Assembly: GCA_963779615.1 (NCBI GenBank)
Contig: CAVZZA010000005.1
Coordinates: forward strand, 256,001-320,000
Reading direction: 5' to 3'
DNA from: an uncultured Nitrososphaeraceae archaeon
GTDB lineage: Archaea > Thermoproteota > Nitrososphaeria > Nitrososphaerales > Nitrososphaeraceae
DNA length: 64,000 bases
The position numbers and the translations under genes are program-made. Shown in pieces: positions 9,561 through 19,541 of this stretch. How positions within the stretch are numbered: the first letter of the stretch is position 1; each line of letters starts with the position of its first letter. The notes beneath the pieces were generated by a model that was given only the letters and a program-made list of their open reading frames with translations, did no database searches and was not told where the DNA came from.

Positions 9561-11120
9561 CTAGTGCATTGGGCACCAGTCAACCAGAAGGTTGTTGCTT
9601 TCATTAAGCGCGCCAAAAACATGTTTTGATGGACTTGCGGACTTTATCAGGATGTTTTTGCCCTTTAGGACAATTTTGTAATAATTGCTTTCAGACAGCA
9701 GCAGTGCATCATTGTTAATGGAACTGTTTCCTTTTAGTATTATCAGGCTGTTCAATTGGCTCTGTTTTAGGGTGTCGACAAACTCAGGGGTGGAAATCAA
9801 ATGACCTGAATTATTACCGTCCATTATGTTCAGGGTGTTGCTGTGGGTGTTTTTTTTATTTTGGCTTGCCGCCTCCTGAATTGGAGAAAGAGTTTTATTG
9901 ATTGAGTCATTGAGTTTTTCAGAAGCACCTTTTTGTCCCAAGGGTTTGTCTTGTCCATAATCCATCCCCCCATTGTTTTTAGCAAAATACGAAAAATCCA
10001 GTGCTTCATTCATCAGGTTGCTGGCAAGCGCTTCAGGCCCTACAAAATAAAGCATAGCCTCTTTCAGCATCGAATAAAAGTTCCACTTAAACTTGTTTAC
10101 CAAAATCAGGTTGTTGTAGTTGATCCAATACAAAAGGGGTCCAAGCACCATGGACAAAATCATTTCACTGTGCAAGTCAGAATCGAACTCCATCGTTATG
10201 AGTTTGTTGTCCCTTAGGAGTTTCATAAAAAAATTGTTTCTGTTATTCTGGTAGTTTCCGGAGGCGTGTTTGTAAGGAAATTTATTCCTGGTGCTGTAGC
10301 CAAACCTGTTTGTTGCGGCAAACTCGTTTGTTTTGAGCTTTTCAAACAAATTTAGCTCGCCTAAAGGATCCAAAACAAAAAAAAATCCATCATACAAGGA
10401 GAAATAATATTTCGAACAGTTAATGGAGATTCCCCGAAGCTTGTTTATGAGCAATTTCCTGTATTGATTTGGTTGCTTAAACTCATTCTTCAGGGTAATT
10501 ACCCCATCGACGATCGAATCCAATAGGGTGGTCTCGCGTGATTCGCTTAGAAAAATCAGTTTTGCTCCCGCCCTCTCTCGCCATATTTGTAAAACCCGTT
10601 CATTGTTTAGCCTTGATTCCTTATCCATAAATGAGGCAATGGCGTCCCAGGTGTCAATTATTATAATTGGTGACTTTACATCCATAAGCTGGTTGGTGAT
10701 TCTCTCAAAAAGAGATTCAGGTTCGTCCAACCTTGCGTCTTCAAACTTGTACTCATACTTTGAGTCATTTATTGATGTAAACTTGCTTATCCATGGAAAA
10801 AAAAATAAAAGTTGTTTGACTGAAAGCCTTGTGGATATGTAAAAATAGTTGCTATCGTGGTTCAGGTTATCCATTAGGGTAAGTGCGAAAGTTGTTTTGC
10901 CGGTTCCAGGTTTCCCCTTAACAAGCAGTGAATAAGAGTCATTTTTAACAAACTTTAAAATTTCATTAGGCAAATGCCCAAAACTATTTTTTTTAATCGG
11001 CATTTTCTTCTTCTTACTTGGATGGCTATCGTGGTTTGTTGCTGGGACACCACCAGACGCATCAGGAGTATGGTCATTGGTATCTGTGTCTTCAGGTGGA
11101 TGCGCATTGAAATCGTACAT
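9561..11120 (-). CDS. KaiC/RAD55 (GvpD P-loop-like) ATPase with degenerate C-terminal half
   Basis: Walker A GKPGTGKT, Walker B IIIDTWD, IVDGVITL and KLRG motifs; the C-terminal half lacks a P-loop. Confidence 0.85.
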   Translation of the reverse strand: MYDFNAHPPEDTDTNDHTPDASGGVPATNHDSHPSKKKKMPIKKNSFGHLPNEILKFVKNDSYSLLVKGKPGTGKTTFALTLMDNLNHDSNYFYISTRLSVKQLLFFFPWISKFTSINDSKYEYKFEDARLDEPESLFERITNQLMDVKSPIIIIDTWDAIASFMDKESRLNNERVLQIWRERAGAKLIFLSESRETTLLDSIVDGVITLKNEFKQPNQYRKLLINKLRGISINCSKYYFSLYDGFFFVLDPLGELNLFEKLKTNEFAATNRFGYSTRNKFPYKHASGNYQNNRNNFFMKLLRDNKLITMEFDSDLHSEMILSMVLGPLLYWINYNNLILVNKFKWNFYSMLKEAMLYFVGPEALASNLMNEALDFSYFAKNNGGMDYGQDKPLGQKGASEKLNDSINKTLSPIQEAASQNKKNTHSNTLNIMDGNNSGHLISTPEFVDTLKQSQLNSLIILKGNSSINNDALLLSESNYYKIVLKGKNILIKSASPSKHVFGALNESNNLLVDWCPMH

Positions 11121-11197
11121 GCTGTGGAATGATTTTAAAAAAAAATATTGAAAAACAATTCTAAACTATCATACATAAAAAACGTATATGCGTACAC

Positions 11198-12316
11198 TTA
11201 CCAGGGATTCATGCCTTTTTGGAACCTGATGGCATCGATTAAACCCTCAGCATAACCAACACTGAGAACGGCAAGTTCAACTCGACCTTGCTTGTAGAAT
11301 CGTTCAGCGTCAAAAAGGTAGTTTTCAGCATTTTCTAAAACATTAAAATATTCTTTTTTGGAGGTTATGTTTTCTTCTTTAACCATAGATGATAGATTAA
11401 CCAATGCTTTTTTTGCGTTTGGAATATACTTGTTTAGCATTCTGTTGGATATCCCATCAACCGTGACAGAATTATCAATAGGATCATCAAGCAGGGTGGT
11501 TAAGTTTTTAAGGGAATCAATTTCTGTGAAATGCAGTGAGCCGGGTATAACTATGGAGTGAGGGCCCCCCCCATTGTATTGTTGGTTTAACAAGGACTTT
11601 ATCTTCCCGCATATCAATTTCGAGCCATCTGTTCCTACTCTGGAGGCTACGAGAGCAAAGGAGTTTTCAGAAAAATTCAATAGTTTTAATTCGTTTTCCC
11701 TCTCCAGTATTAAGCCAAAAACCTCTTTCGGGGACAAAAAAAATGGTTTGCTGTCATCTAAATCCGAACCATTTTTCCCATTATCATCATTGCCATATTC
11801 TGTCAGGATCAAGGTATGCAAGCCCAGGCAAATGTTGTTGTATATGGTGTCATATACAGTAATAGACGACATGGGATCAGACATCATAGTAACCATTTTT
11901 CCAAATTTATAATAATGCAATCCTGACTCACCTATTAGTGATGAAATCCCCGATGAGGAATGAATTACTTTATATGGAACAGATTGTCTGCTTGCCCTTA
12001 CTAGCAACTCATTATAGGTTGTTGCAATAAGTGGATCCCCATAAATCAAAACACAAACGGTTTTTTTTACCGAATTCTCCAACAATTCCCTTCCATCCTC
12101 TATGAACCACCGTTTGACAAGTTGAACCTCAACACCACCTTTTGGGATTGTTCCTTCATGCGCTTTTAAAAGGGATTTAATTTTTAAAATAAAGTCATCT
12201 GACAAAAAGCCAGTAAAGCGCTCCACATAAACCATATCACTATTTTTTAACACCTCAACAGAACCAAGACTCAAAGAGTCATATTCGTCAATCCCTACAC
12301 CTATTAAGTAAAGCAT
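11198..12316 (-). CDS. dph5: Diphthine synthase with C-terminal DUF357-like extension
   Basis: MLYLIGVG, GDPLIATT, GLHYYKFG, GLHTLIL, PHSIVIPG.LHFTE; C-terminal AENYLFDA...SVGYAEGLIDA. Confidence 0.92.
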   Translation of the reverse strand: MLYLIGVGIDEYDSLSLGSVEVLKNSDMVYVERFTGFLSDDFILKIKSLLKAHEGTIPKGGVEVQLVKRWFIEDGRELLENSVKKTVCVLIYGDPLIATTYNELLVRASRQSVPYKVIHSSSGISSLIGESGLHYYKFGKMVTMMSDPMSSITVYDTIYNNICLGLHTLILTEYGNDDNGKNGSDLDDSKPFFLSPKEVFGLILERENELKLLNFSENSFALVASRVGTDGSKLICGKIKSLLNQQYNGGGPHSIVIPGSLHFTEIDSLKNLTTLLDDPIDNSVTVDGISNRMLNKYIPNAKKALVNLSSMVKEENITSKKEYFNVLENAENYLFDAERFYKQGRVELAVLSVGYAEGLIDAIRFQKGMNPW

Positions 12317-12411
12317 TTCTTATAAAGCATTTAAGTTATTTTAGTTTATTTATTTATATTTTTTAGCCACCAATCTCATAAATCAAAATGAGTTTGGCTG
12401 TTCATTTACTG

Positions 12412-13539
12412 TCACCTGTTTTGTAGGCTTTTATGCAATCGAATCATGTGAAACAATGTGTTTTTGTAAATTTCTATGCCGGTAAGGTATTCTGGTATGT
12501 ACACTCTTTCATTTACGGTATGAGACGAGTGCGGATCTCCCGGGCCATATGTGACCACCGGAATGTTAAGAACATTGCCCAGAATATTCATGTCCCCTGT
12601 TCCTGTTTTTTTTAACAATAATGGCCTCTTTTTCCTGTTGTCCAAAATTGACAATACCAAAGACCTTACCAAAGTAGATGAGGCGCTTGCCTGAAACGGC
12701 TCTGTTCTGTCTTCCACATGATACTTTATTGTAATGTCATTTTTGTCTTTTTTAACCTCATTTAATTTCGCGTCAAGCAGGCTCAAGATATCGTCACAGG
12801 ACAAATTAGCGGGTATGCGGATATCAATTGTCATCCTACATTTTTGAGGAGTGACGTTGTGACTCGACCCCCCATTTACTTCGGTTATGCTGTAGCTGAC
12901 AAGGTCGGCCTTGTTTTTGGAGTTGTTGATTTCATAGCTGTCTAAAACTTTTTTCAGGTTGGCCCATATGTTATAAATCTCCTCAATGGCATTCAGGGAA
13001 ATCCACGGGGCGCTTGCATGGGCACTATTGTTTACATCACACAGCAAGCGGATTTCCAAACGCCCTTTGTAAGAAACTGTGATGTTGTCTATTCCACTGG
13101 GCTCACCAAAAATTGCATAATGAGGCCGCAGGTTTCTGTCTTTTACGAGATTTTTTATGCCTGTTGCATTACCCTCCTCATCAACAACCCCAGCAAAGAT
13201 TATGGTTCCATTTTGTTTGGGAAAATCCGCAGCACCTAACAGCATGGATATCAATGGCGCCTTTGCGTCAGAGGCACCCCTGCCATACATGTAGTCGCCA
13301 TCTAATCGTACCGGAACAATGCCAGGAACTGTATCCATGTGACCGCAGAGCAGTATTACTGGACTCCCAGACCCCTTCATTGCAACAACGTTTCCCACAC
13401 TGTCAATATTTGCCTGTTCAAACCCCAGATCCAGACAAACATCCTTTAGAAAATTAGCCAGTATCGACTCTGATCTCGAAGGTGAGTAAATTTCTAAAGA
13501 ATTTCTTAATAATTCTATAGCAAATGCTGAAGAGACCAA
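12412..13539 (-). CDS. lysK: [LysW]-lysine/[LysW]-ornithine hydrolase (M20 family)
   Basis: GHMDTVPG, GRGASDAK, VDEE, GEPS, GTGDMN, YGPGD...H; position in the lys cluster. Confidence 0.92.
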   Translation of the reverse strand: MVSSAFAIELLRNSLEIYSPSRSESILANFLKDVCLDLGFEQANIDSVGNVVAMKGSGSPVILLCGHMDTVPGIVPVRLDGDYMYGRGASDAKAPLISMLLGAADFPKQNGTIIFAGVVDEEGNATGIKNLVKDRNLRPHYAIFGEPSGIDNITVSYKGRLEIRLLCDVNNSAHASAPWISLNAIEEIYNIWANLKKVLDSYEINNSKNKADLVSYSITEVNGGSSHNVTPQKCRMTIDIRIPANLSCDDILSLLDAKLNEVKKDKNDITIKYHVEDRTEPFQASASSTLVRSLVLSILDNRKKRPLLLKKTGTGDMNILGNVLNIPVVTYGPGDPHSSHTVNERVYIPEYLTGIEIYKNTLFHMIRLHKSLQNR

Positions 13540-13543
13540 TTTT

Positions 13544-14428
13544 TTATTTTTTAGAAATATCGACCATATAATCCAAAATTAATGATGGTATATCAACTCC
13601 GGTTACCCGCACAGTATTTTTGAACTCTGTCGTATTGTTTACCTCATGGACCAATAAACCATGTTCCCTACTTTCCATTAAGTCTACACCCACTATATCA
13701 CCTTTAAAAATTTTTGCCGATTTAACGCACATATCTTCCAAGTCCTTTGTAATTGGGCAGGGCTCGGCATGGCCACCTAATGCCATGTTCGTCTTCCACT
13801 CCGTGTTTCCGGAGTATCTGTAGATGGCAGCCACTACATTGTCACCTACAACAATAGCCCTTATGTCCCTGGGCGGCCGCTTGACAAATTCTTCAATATA
13901 GTTAATATGGTATATTGGAAACATGTGCTCCCGGTCTTCTAAAACGGCCTTGGCTGCCTCTTCGTCATTCAGCAAGCCTATCAATCTCCCCCAACTTCCT
14001 ACAGTCGGTTTGATCACAACAGGATAGCCCATTTGACTGATTCCTTTGATACCAGATGAAAGGGAAAAAGAGCAAAAAGCATTAGGGGTGAAGATCCCCT
14101 GTTTTTGGAGCTCCATATGGGAAAATAGTTTGTTGCCACACATGATGGAAGTGTAAAGGGAGTTAATCATCCGTGCACCAAGTCCCTCCAAAGCGGCCGT
14201 TGAATGCAAACTTTTAAAATAACTTACACATCTCTGCAGAATAACTTTATTTTTAAAAGCCATGTTTTCATTATTCAAAAACAAAACAAGCTCTTTGCAA
14301 TCGACTATTTCCAAATCAATACCGTTTTTTTTTGCGGTCTCAATTATGGATTTCTCTTCCCATCTTATATTATCAAAAAGAATAATGAGGGAAGAAGAGT
14401 GTTCTCCCCCAATATTTATTGTCCCCAA
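13544..14428 (-). CDS. lysX: Alpha-aminoadipate--LysW ligase (RimK-family ATP-grasp)
   Basis: RWEEK, QRCVSY, KPTVGSWGR, RDIR, WKTN.ALGG, HEVNNTTEFK; directly downstream of lysW. Confidence 0.9.
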   Translation of the reverse strand: MGTINIGGEHSSSLIILFDNIRWEEKSIIETAKKNGIDLEIVDCKELVLFLNNENMAFKNKVILQRCVSYFKSLHSTAALEGLGARMINSLYTSIMCGNKLFSHMELQKQGIFTPNAFCSFSLSSGIKGISQMGYPVVIKPTVGSWGRLIGLLNDEEAAKAVLEDREHMFPIYHINYIEEFVKRPPRDIRAIVVGDNVVAAIYRYSGNTEWKTNMALGGHAEPCPITKDLEDMCVKSAKIFKGDIVGVDLMESREHGLLVHEVNNTTEFKNTVRVTGVDIPSLILDYMVDISKK

Positions 14429-14589
14429 TCTTCTCCAACTACTTGAGCAGGCTTTATGCTAAAATTTTCACCAGATTTTACTATTTCAAAACTCTCTCCA
14501 CAGTCTGGACAGGTAACAATTTCTCCTTGCATAGAGTCATCAGGTATTGGGATGTCTGCGTCACATTCGATACAACTAACTTTTGCCAT
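14416..14589 (-). CDS. lysW: Amino-group carrier protein LysW (57 aa, not in ORF track)
   Basis: Manual translation MAKVSCIECDADIPIPDDSMQGEIVTCPDCGESFEIVKSGENFSIKPAQVVGEDWGQ*; two CxxC motifs and an EDWG tail. Confidence 0.95.
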   Translation of the reverse strand: MAKVSCIECDADIPIPDDSMQGEIVTCPDCGESFEIVKSGENFSIKPAQVVGEDWGQ

Positions 14590-15799
14590 TTTTATCCTTA
14601 TTTATTTTCACATAACCTTCATTAAGTATTTTGCTTTCTAATTTTTCATCTAGATATAATTCGAGGATGTCACCCATACGCAGTTCTTTCAACCCCTTTG
14701 CTAATGATTCAGCATTCTCTTTTGATGCACCTAACCCCAATATGGACAAAAGGTACGCAGAGCCGTTTTTTCCGGATAACTCACCAAATACGATTTTGCG
14801 TCTGTTACCCACTAGTTTTGGTTCAATTATTTCATAAGCAGAAGGGTTTCGCAATATGGCAGCGAGGTGGGTCCCAGCTTTGTGTTTGTAGGAACTATCA
14901 CCCACTATAGGTTTAGACTCATGAATAGGGATCTTGGTGTAATCGGAAATAGTCCTTGACAAATCCTTTAGCATGTGCAACCTAAAATCATTGCTGGACT
15001 TGTAGATGAGATTTAGTGCAACTGCAGTCTCAGCCAATGTGGGGATGCCTGTCCTTTCACCAATCCCATCTATGGTGGTGTGAATCTGATCGGCACCACC
15101 CTCGCAACCCGACAAGGCATTGGATAATGCTAAACCAACGTCATTGTGGCAATGGACGTCTAAAGAGGTTTTTGAGGTATCAATGTTGTCATGAACAAGT
15201 TTTACGATGTTATACATGCCCCTGGGTCTCATAATTCCCACGGTATCAGGAATACTAATTCTGTCTATGCCACGATTACTGATTTCCTTGCACATATCCA
15301 AAAGAAAGTCTGGATCCGTTCTGCTTGCGTCTTCCATGGTGAACCGGGATTTCAGCCCATGGGATTTAATGTAATCAGCAACCTCCAAAGCTCTGGTTTT
15401 GGCCTCTTCTCTGGAAATCCGTAGTTTGGACGATAAATGGATATCAGAAATCCCAAGATAAGTTGCAACCCATGATGCATTGCAGTCTATCGCCACATCA
15501 ACATCAGATTTTATCGCACGGACATGTGCTACTATATCGGCCCTTAAGCCTTGTTTGAGTATTACTTTTGTAGCATCACGATGATCCAATGAAACTATTG
15601 GGCTTATTTCTATTTGGTCTACACCAAACGAATCAAGCATCCATGCAATTTGAATTCTTTGTTTATTGGAAAAGGAAACTCCCGGATGTTGTTCTCCTTC
15701 TCGCAATGTTGAGTCCAGGATTTTGATATATTTCTTATCCCGTTCAGAATCATTGTATATATGAGCAAAATAATTAGGATCGTCTGATTTTAGTGACAT
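14576..15799 (-). CDS. Homocitrate synthase (LeuA family)
   Basis: DSTLREGEQ, PDTVG, HCHND.G, GIGERTG, HKAGTH; lys cluster context. Confidence 0.88.
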   Translation of the reverse strand: MSLKSDDPNYFAHIYNDSERDKKYIKILDSTLREGEQHPGVSFSNKQRIQIAWMLDSFGVDQIEISPIVSLDHRDATKVILKQGLRADIVAHVRAIKSDVDVAIDCNASWVATYLGISDIHLSSKLRISREEAKTRALEVADYIKSHGLKSRFTMEDASRTDPDFLLDMCKEISNRGIDRISIPDTVGIMRPRGMYNIVKLVHDNIDTSKTSLDVHCHNDVGLALSNALSGCEGGADQIHTTIDGIGERTGIPTLAETAVALNLIYKSSNDFRLHMLKDLSRTISDYTKIPIHESKPIVGDSSYKHKAGTHLAAILRNPSAYEIIEPKLVGNRRKIVFGELSGKNGSAYLLSILGLGASKENAESLAKGLKELRMGDILELYLDEKLESKILNEGYVKINKDKNGKS

Positions 15800-15944
15800 A
15801 ATGTAATTAATATCACTATTATCGTTTAATTTATAAATGTTATCGTTAAAAAAATTTAAATTTTATATGTAAAAAAACATCTAGAGATGATATCCTGTAT
15901 GCGTCTTTATCAACAGTAGACCAAAAAAAACAAATTGTTGAAGT

Positions 15945-16379
15945 CTAGGCTGAATTGCCCAGTGTTCGCAATATTATGACCGTGTTGGTATCAGATACAC
16001 CGTCGATTTTTCGAATTTCGTCAATATAGGAGTTTATCTCTAGAATTGTGGGCGCAATTATTATAGTGGCAATGTCAAACTGACCCGTGATTTCATAAAC
16101 TACCTCGACACCTTTGAGGTCTAAAAGGCGTTTTGAAACGTTTGATGTGTCTGCCGCAGAACTTACAGATATTAGAGTTATTGCACTTGTTTTGTTGGAG
16201 GGGCCCAAATCTATTGTAAATTTTTTTATAACACCAGTATCCTGCAAGTTTTTAACTCTACGGCGTACAGCAGATTCAGACATCCCAATATCATTAGCTA
16301 TTTCTACAAAAGATTTTCTGGAATCATTTTTTAGTATTTTGATGATTTTTTCATCAATGGTATTTAAGTTCTCAGACAA
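15945..16379 (-). CDS. lysM: Lrp/AsnC-family regulator (LysM-like)
   Basis: DSRKSFVEIA...SESAVRRRVKNL HTH, then VYEITGQFD RAM domain. Confidence 0.85.
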   Translation of the reverse strand: MSENLNTIDEKIIKILKNDSRKSFVEIANDIGMSESAVRRRVKNLQDTGVIKKFTIDLGPSNKTSAITLISVSSAADTSNVSKRLLDLKGVEVVYEITGQFDIATIIIAPTILEINSYIDEIRKIDGVSDTNTVIILRTLGNSA

Positions 16380-17568
16380 TTCGCCTTTTCTCCTCGTTAT
16401 GAATTAACCTATCAATCAAATTAATTGCTTTTTTACACATATCCTCATCCATTACCAATGGTGGAAGCAACCTCAAAATATTTCTACCAGAATACAATAC
16501 CAATATCCCATTTTTTATGCCGTCAAAAAGAATATCCTTAATGTCAAATTTCATTTCAACTCCAAGCATCATTCCAAACCCCCTTACCTCACGAATTATT
16601 TTATGGCTATCCTTTAAATCTAATAGGCCCTCTTTAAACAGCGCTCCGATTTTTTCCGAGTTTTCAACCAACTTATCTTCTACCAAAGAGTCTATTGTGG
16701 CAGAGCCTGCGGCACAGGCAAGTGGATTTCCAGCAAATGTTGATGAGTGCTCCCCAACTTTAATGCAGTCAAGAATTTCAGAACGTGCAAGTGTAAGGCC
16801 CATGGGCACGCCACCAGCTATTCCCTTTGCCAAGCACATTACATCTGGCTCCACATCCCAATGCTGTCCTGCCCACATCTTGCCGGTTCTACCCAATCCT
16901 GACTGAATCTCATCAAAAATCAATACCAGGTTATGATTGTCACATATATTTCGAAGTTTTTTAAGAAAATCAGTGGGCGGTACAATTATTCCGGTTTCAC
17001 CTTGTATTGGTTCTGCAATTATCGTTCCGATGTTATTGCCATGGTTAGTTACCAATTCCTCGATTTTCTCGAGCTCATTGTATGAACTGAATTTAACCCC
17101 ATCCAAAAGTGGCAAAAACGACTTGCGATATTTTTCATTGTATGTGACAGACAATGCACCAAATGTTTTCCCATGATATGCGCCGTTCAACGCAATAATA
17201 CCATTTTTGTTGGTATATTTTCTAGAGAACTTAATGGCAGCTTCTACAGATTCGGTTCCGCTGTTGGAGAAAAATATACTATTGAGGTTTTTGGGGGTTA
17301 TTGTAAAAAGTTTATTTAAGAATTCTAGTCTGGCATTATTATACAAAGACATATGACAAGTTATAAGCTGTTCGGCTTGGTTTTTTATTGCGCCTACTAC
17401 CCGGTCATTACAATGGCCAACCAAAGCAACGCCATAGCCCCCCATGCAATCGATGTATTCTTTGCCCCCTGTATCCCATAAAACACAGCCTTTGCCCTTC
17501 GCTACATTTACAGGAAATCGTTGATATATGTTCCCGACAAAAGTCTCCTCTTCCATAACAAAACTCAT
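16372..17568 (-). CDS. lysJ: [LysW]-semialdehyde aminotransferase (class III)
   Basis: SNSGTESVEAA, YHGKT, EPIQGE, FDEIQSG.GRTG, AKGIAGG. Confidence 0.92.
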   Translation of the reverse strand: MSFVMEEETFVGNIYQRFPVNVAKGKGCVLWDTGGKEYIDCMGGYGVALVGHCNDRVVGAIKNQAEQLITCHMSLYNNARLEFLNKLFTITPKNLNSIFFSNSGTESVEAAIKFSRKYTNKNGIIALNGAYHGKTFGALSVTYNEKYRKSFLPLLDGVKFSSYNELEKIEELVTNHGNNIGTIIAEPIQGETGIIVPPTDFLKKLRNICDNHNLVLIFDEIQSGLGRTGKMWAGQHWDVEPDVMCLAKGIAGGVPMGLTLARSEILDCIKVGEHSSTFAGNPLACAAGSATIDSLVEDKLVENSEKIGALFKEGLLDLKDSHKIIREVRGFGMMLGVEMKFDIKDILFDGIKNGILVLYSGRNILRLLPPLVMDEDMCKKAINLIDRLIHNEEKRRIV

Positions 17569-18365
17569 TTCATAATCACCGTGCAGTCTTTATGCGATAG
17601 TGCAGATAGCAAAGGATTTTTTACCGAGCCTGACGCTATTATTGATTTTTTTACACCGAGTGTCAGCGCTTCTGTGCTGGCCAACACTTTTTTTTCCATC
17701 CCCGGCCCTATTTTAGGCAATAATTTTTTGGCTTCATCCAAAGTAAGACAATTTACCAACTTTTCTTCCATTATTAAACCACTCACATTTGTGATAAAAA
17801 CCACAACATCAGATTCCATGGCGCCAGCTACACTTGCAGCAGCTCTATCCCCATCAATATTCAAAAATTCATAGTCTTCACCTAAAGCTATAGGAGAAAT
17901 CACAGGAAGATATCCATTATTCAACAAAATGTCAATTAATCGGGTATCTATATTTGATACTTTTCCGGTATAACCACCATCAATAACCATTTTTCTGCCT
18001 TTCTCATTCAAGATGATCAATTTTTTCTTTCTTTGGGCCCTAATAGTTTCACCATCTATTCCCGTTATTCCCACAGACAATATCCCTTTGCCTGAAAGCA
18101 TTGCGGTGATGTTTTTATTTATTTTTCCAGACATTACCATGGTGTATATCATTGATGTCTCCTTGTCGGTGTATCTGCTCCGTTTCCCTTCTGGAGATAT
18201 TATAAAGTTTTGTTCTTTACCCATTAAATTTGCGGTATTTGTGACATCTTTCCCCCCACCATGAACCACTACAATTTTTTCCCTTTTGGACAGTTCAACA
18301 AAATCATCCAATATAGAAGAATGCAAACCTTCTACAATGCTTCCGCCTATTTTAACAACAATCAT
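17565..18365 (-). CDS. lysZ: [LysW]-aminoadipate/glutamate kinase
   Basis: VVKIGGS, VHGGG, SRYTD, LNIDGDRAA, GMEKK. Confidence 0.93.
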   Translation of the reverse strand: MIVVKIGGSIVEGLHSSILDDFVELSKREKIVVVHGGGKDVTNTANLMGKEQNFIISPEGKRSRYTDKETSMIYTMVMSGKINKNITAMLSGKGILSVGITGIDGETIRAQRKKKLIILNEKGRKMVIDGGYTGKVSNIDTRLIDILLNNGYLPVISPIALGEDYEFLNIDGDRAAASVAGAMESDVVVFITNVSGLIMEEKLVNCLTLDEAKKLLPKIGPGMEKKVLASTEALTLGVKKSIIASGSVKNPLLSALSHKDCTVIMK

Positions 18366-19414
18366 ACTGGCGTAAGCGGAGTAAATTTAAGTCCAGCCAT
18401 TTCATCATATCCAAGCATCACATTCATGTTCTGTATAGCAGACCCGGCAGCACCCTTCATCAAATTGTCCGACGCCGAAAGAGAAACAACCCTGTTATTG
18501 TCCTCATCCAAGTCAAATCCAACATCACAGAAATTGGAACCTATAACAAATTTGGGATCAGGAAACTTATAAAACCCAGTTTTGTCGCGTATTAATCTAA
18601 CAAACACTTCGGTTTTGTATGAATTTCTGTAGACTTTCCACAAATCCATTTCACTTAATGGTTTTTTTAAAAATACATGGTTTGTGGTCAATATCCCCCT
18701 CACCATATTGACTGCATGTGGGGTCATACTCACACGGATTTTAACGTCGGCTATACAACCTAGTTCTTGCTCTATTTCTCCGGTATGACGATGTTTTGCA
18801 GGCTTGTAAGGTCTGATTACCCCGTATCGCATTGCATGATGAGTTCCCGAATTGGATTGACTTCCGGCACCTGAGGAACCTATTTTACTGTCAACAACAA
18901 TGTGTTCAGTATCAATTAGGTCATTTTTCACCAACGGATACAATGCAAGTAAGGAAGTGACTGCCATGCATCCAGGGCATGCAACTAACTGGGCATTCTT
19001 TATCTCATCTCGATGAAACTCTGGGACACCGTAAACCGACCTTGACAGCAGATCAGGGAATGGATGCTCCCATCCATACCATTTTACATAATCCTGAGGA
19101 TTTTTAAGCCTAAAATCTGCAGAAAGATCAACTATTTTTATTCCGCTCTTAAAAAGCTCATCGACAATCTTGTTGGATTTTCCATGGGGTACAGAAACAA
19201 AGACCAAATCACAGGAATTCACCACCTTGTCAATATCCATGTCAGAAAATGTCAAAGTTATGAAATTTTTCAAACTAGGATGGACTCTATGAACATATTC
19301 TCCCAACTTTTGTCTTGATGTGACCATCGATATTTCTGTTTCAGGATGGGTAACCAAAAGCCGTAACAACTCCCCACCTACAAATCCGGAAGCTCCAATT
19401 ACTCCAACCTTCAT
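18362..19414 (-). CDS. lysY: [LysW]-gamma-phosphate reductase (ArgC/LysY)
   Basis: GASGFVGGELLR, DLSADFRL, CPGC, GSSGAG, HRH..EI, DNLMKGAAG. Confidence 0.93.
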   Translation of the reverse strand: MKVGVIGASGFVGGELLRLLVTHPETEISMVTSRQKLGEYVHRVHPSLKNFITLTFSDMDIDKVVNSCDLVFVSVPHGKSNKIVDELFKSGIKIVDLSADFRLKNPQDYVKWYGWEHPFPDLLSRSVYGVPEFHRDEIKNAQLVACPGCMAVTSLLALYPLVKNDLIDTEHIVVDSKIGSSGAGSQSNSGTHHAMRYGVIRPYKPAKHRHTGEIEQELGCIADVKIRVSMTPHAVNMVRGILTTNHVFLKKPLSEMDLWKVYRNSYKTEVFVRLIRDKTGFYKFPDPKFVIGSNFCDVGFDLDEDNNRVVSLSASDNLMKGAAGSAIQNMNVMLGYDEMAGLKFTPLTPV

Positions 19415-19541
19415 TTTAAGTTCCCCATATAGAGATCATTATTTTTATTAATGGAAAATACGCCATCATTGCAGAATCTCATAAACAATAAACCGTCCGA
19501 CAATCCTCATTTAAATTTTTGGCCATTATACTAATATTCGT

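Noticed and set aside
5600-11100. Horizontally acquired island, suggested by visibly higher G+C
   Set aside because: The genes look native (TFB, phosphatase), the shift fades gradually, no integrase or boundaries are seen, and GC was not computed.
9561-11120. Gas vesicle locus suggested by GvpD-like similarity
   Set aside because: No gvpA or other gvp genes nearby; better read as a generic KaiC/RAD55-type ATPase.
16517-16906. Long antisense ORFs over core genes (also 29305-29715, 50856-51275, 59878-60360)
   Set aside because: They lie opposite well-supported genes and show no independent motifs.
19415-19541. C/D box sRNA or hidden second lysW between argX and lysY
   Set aside because: ATGAGGA and ATGATGG resemble C boxes but no properly spaced CTGA D box follows, and I found no CxxC/EDWG ORF.
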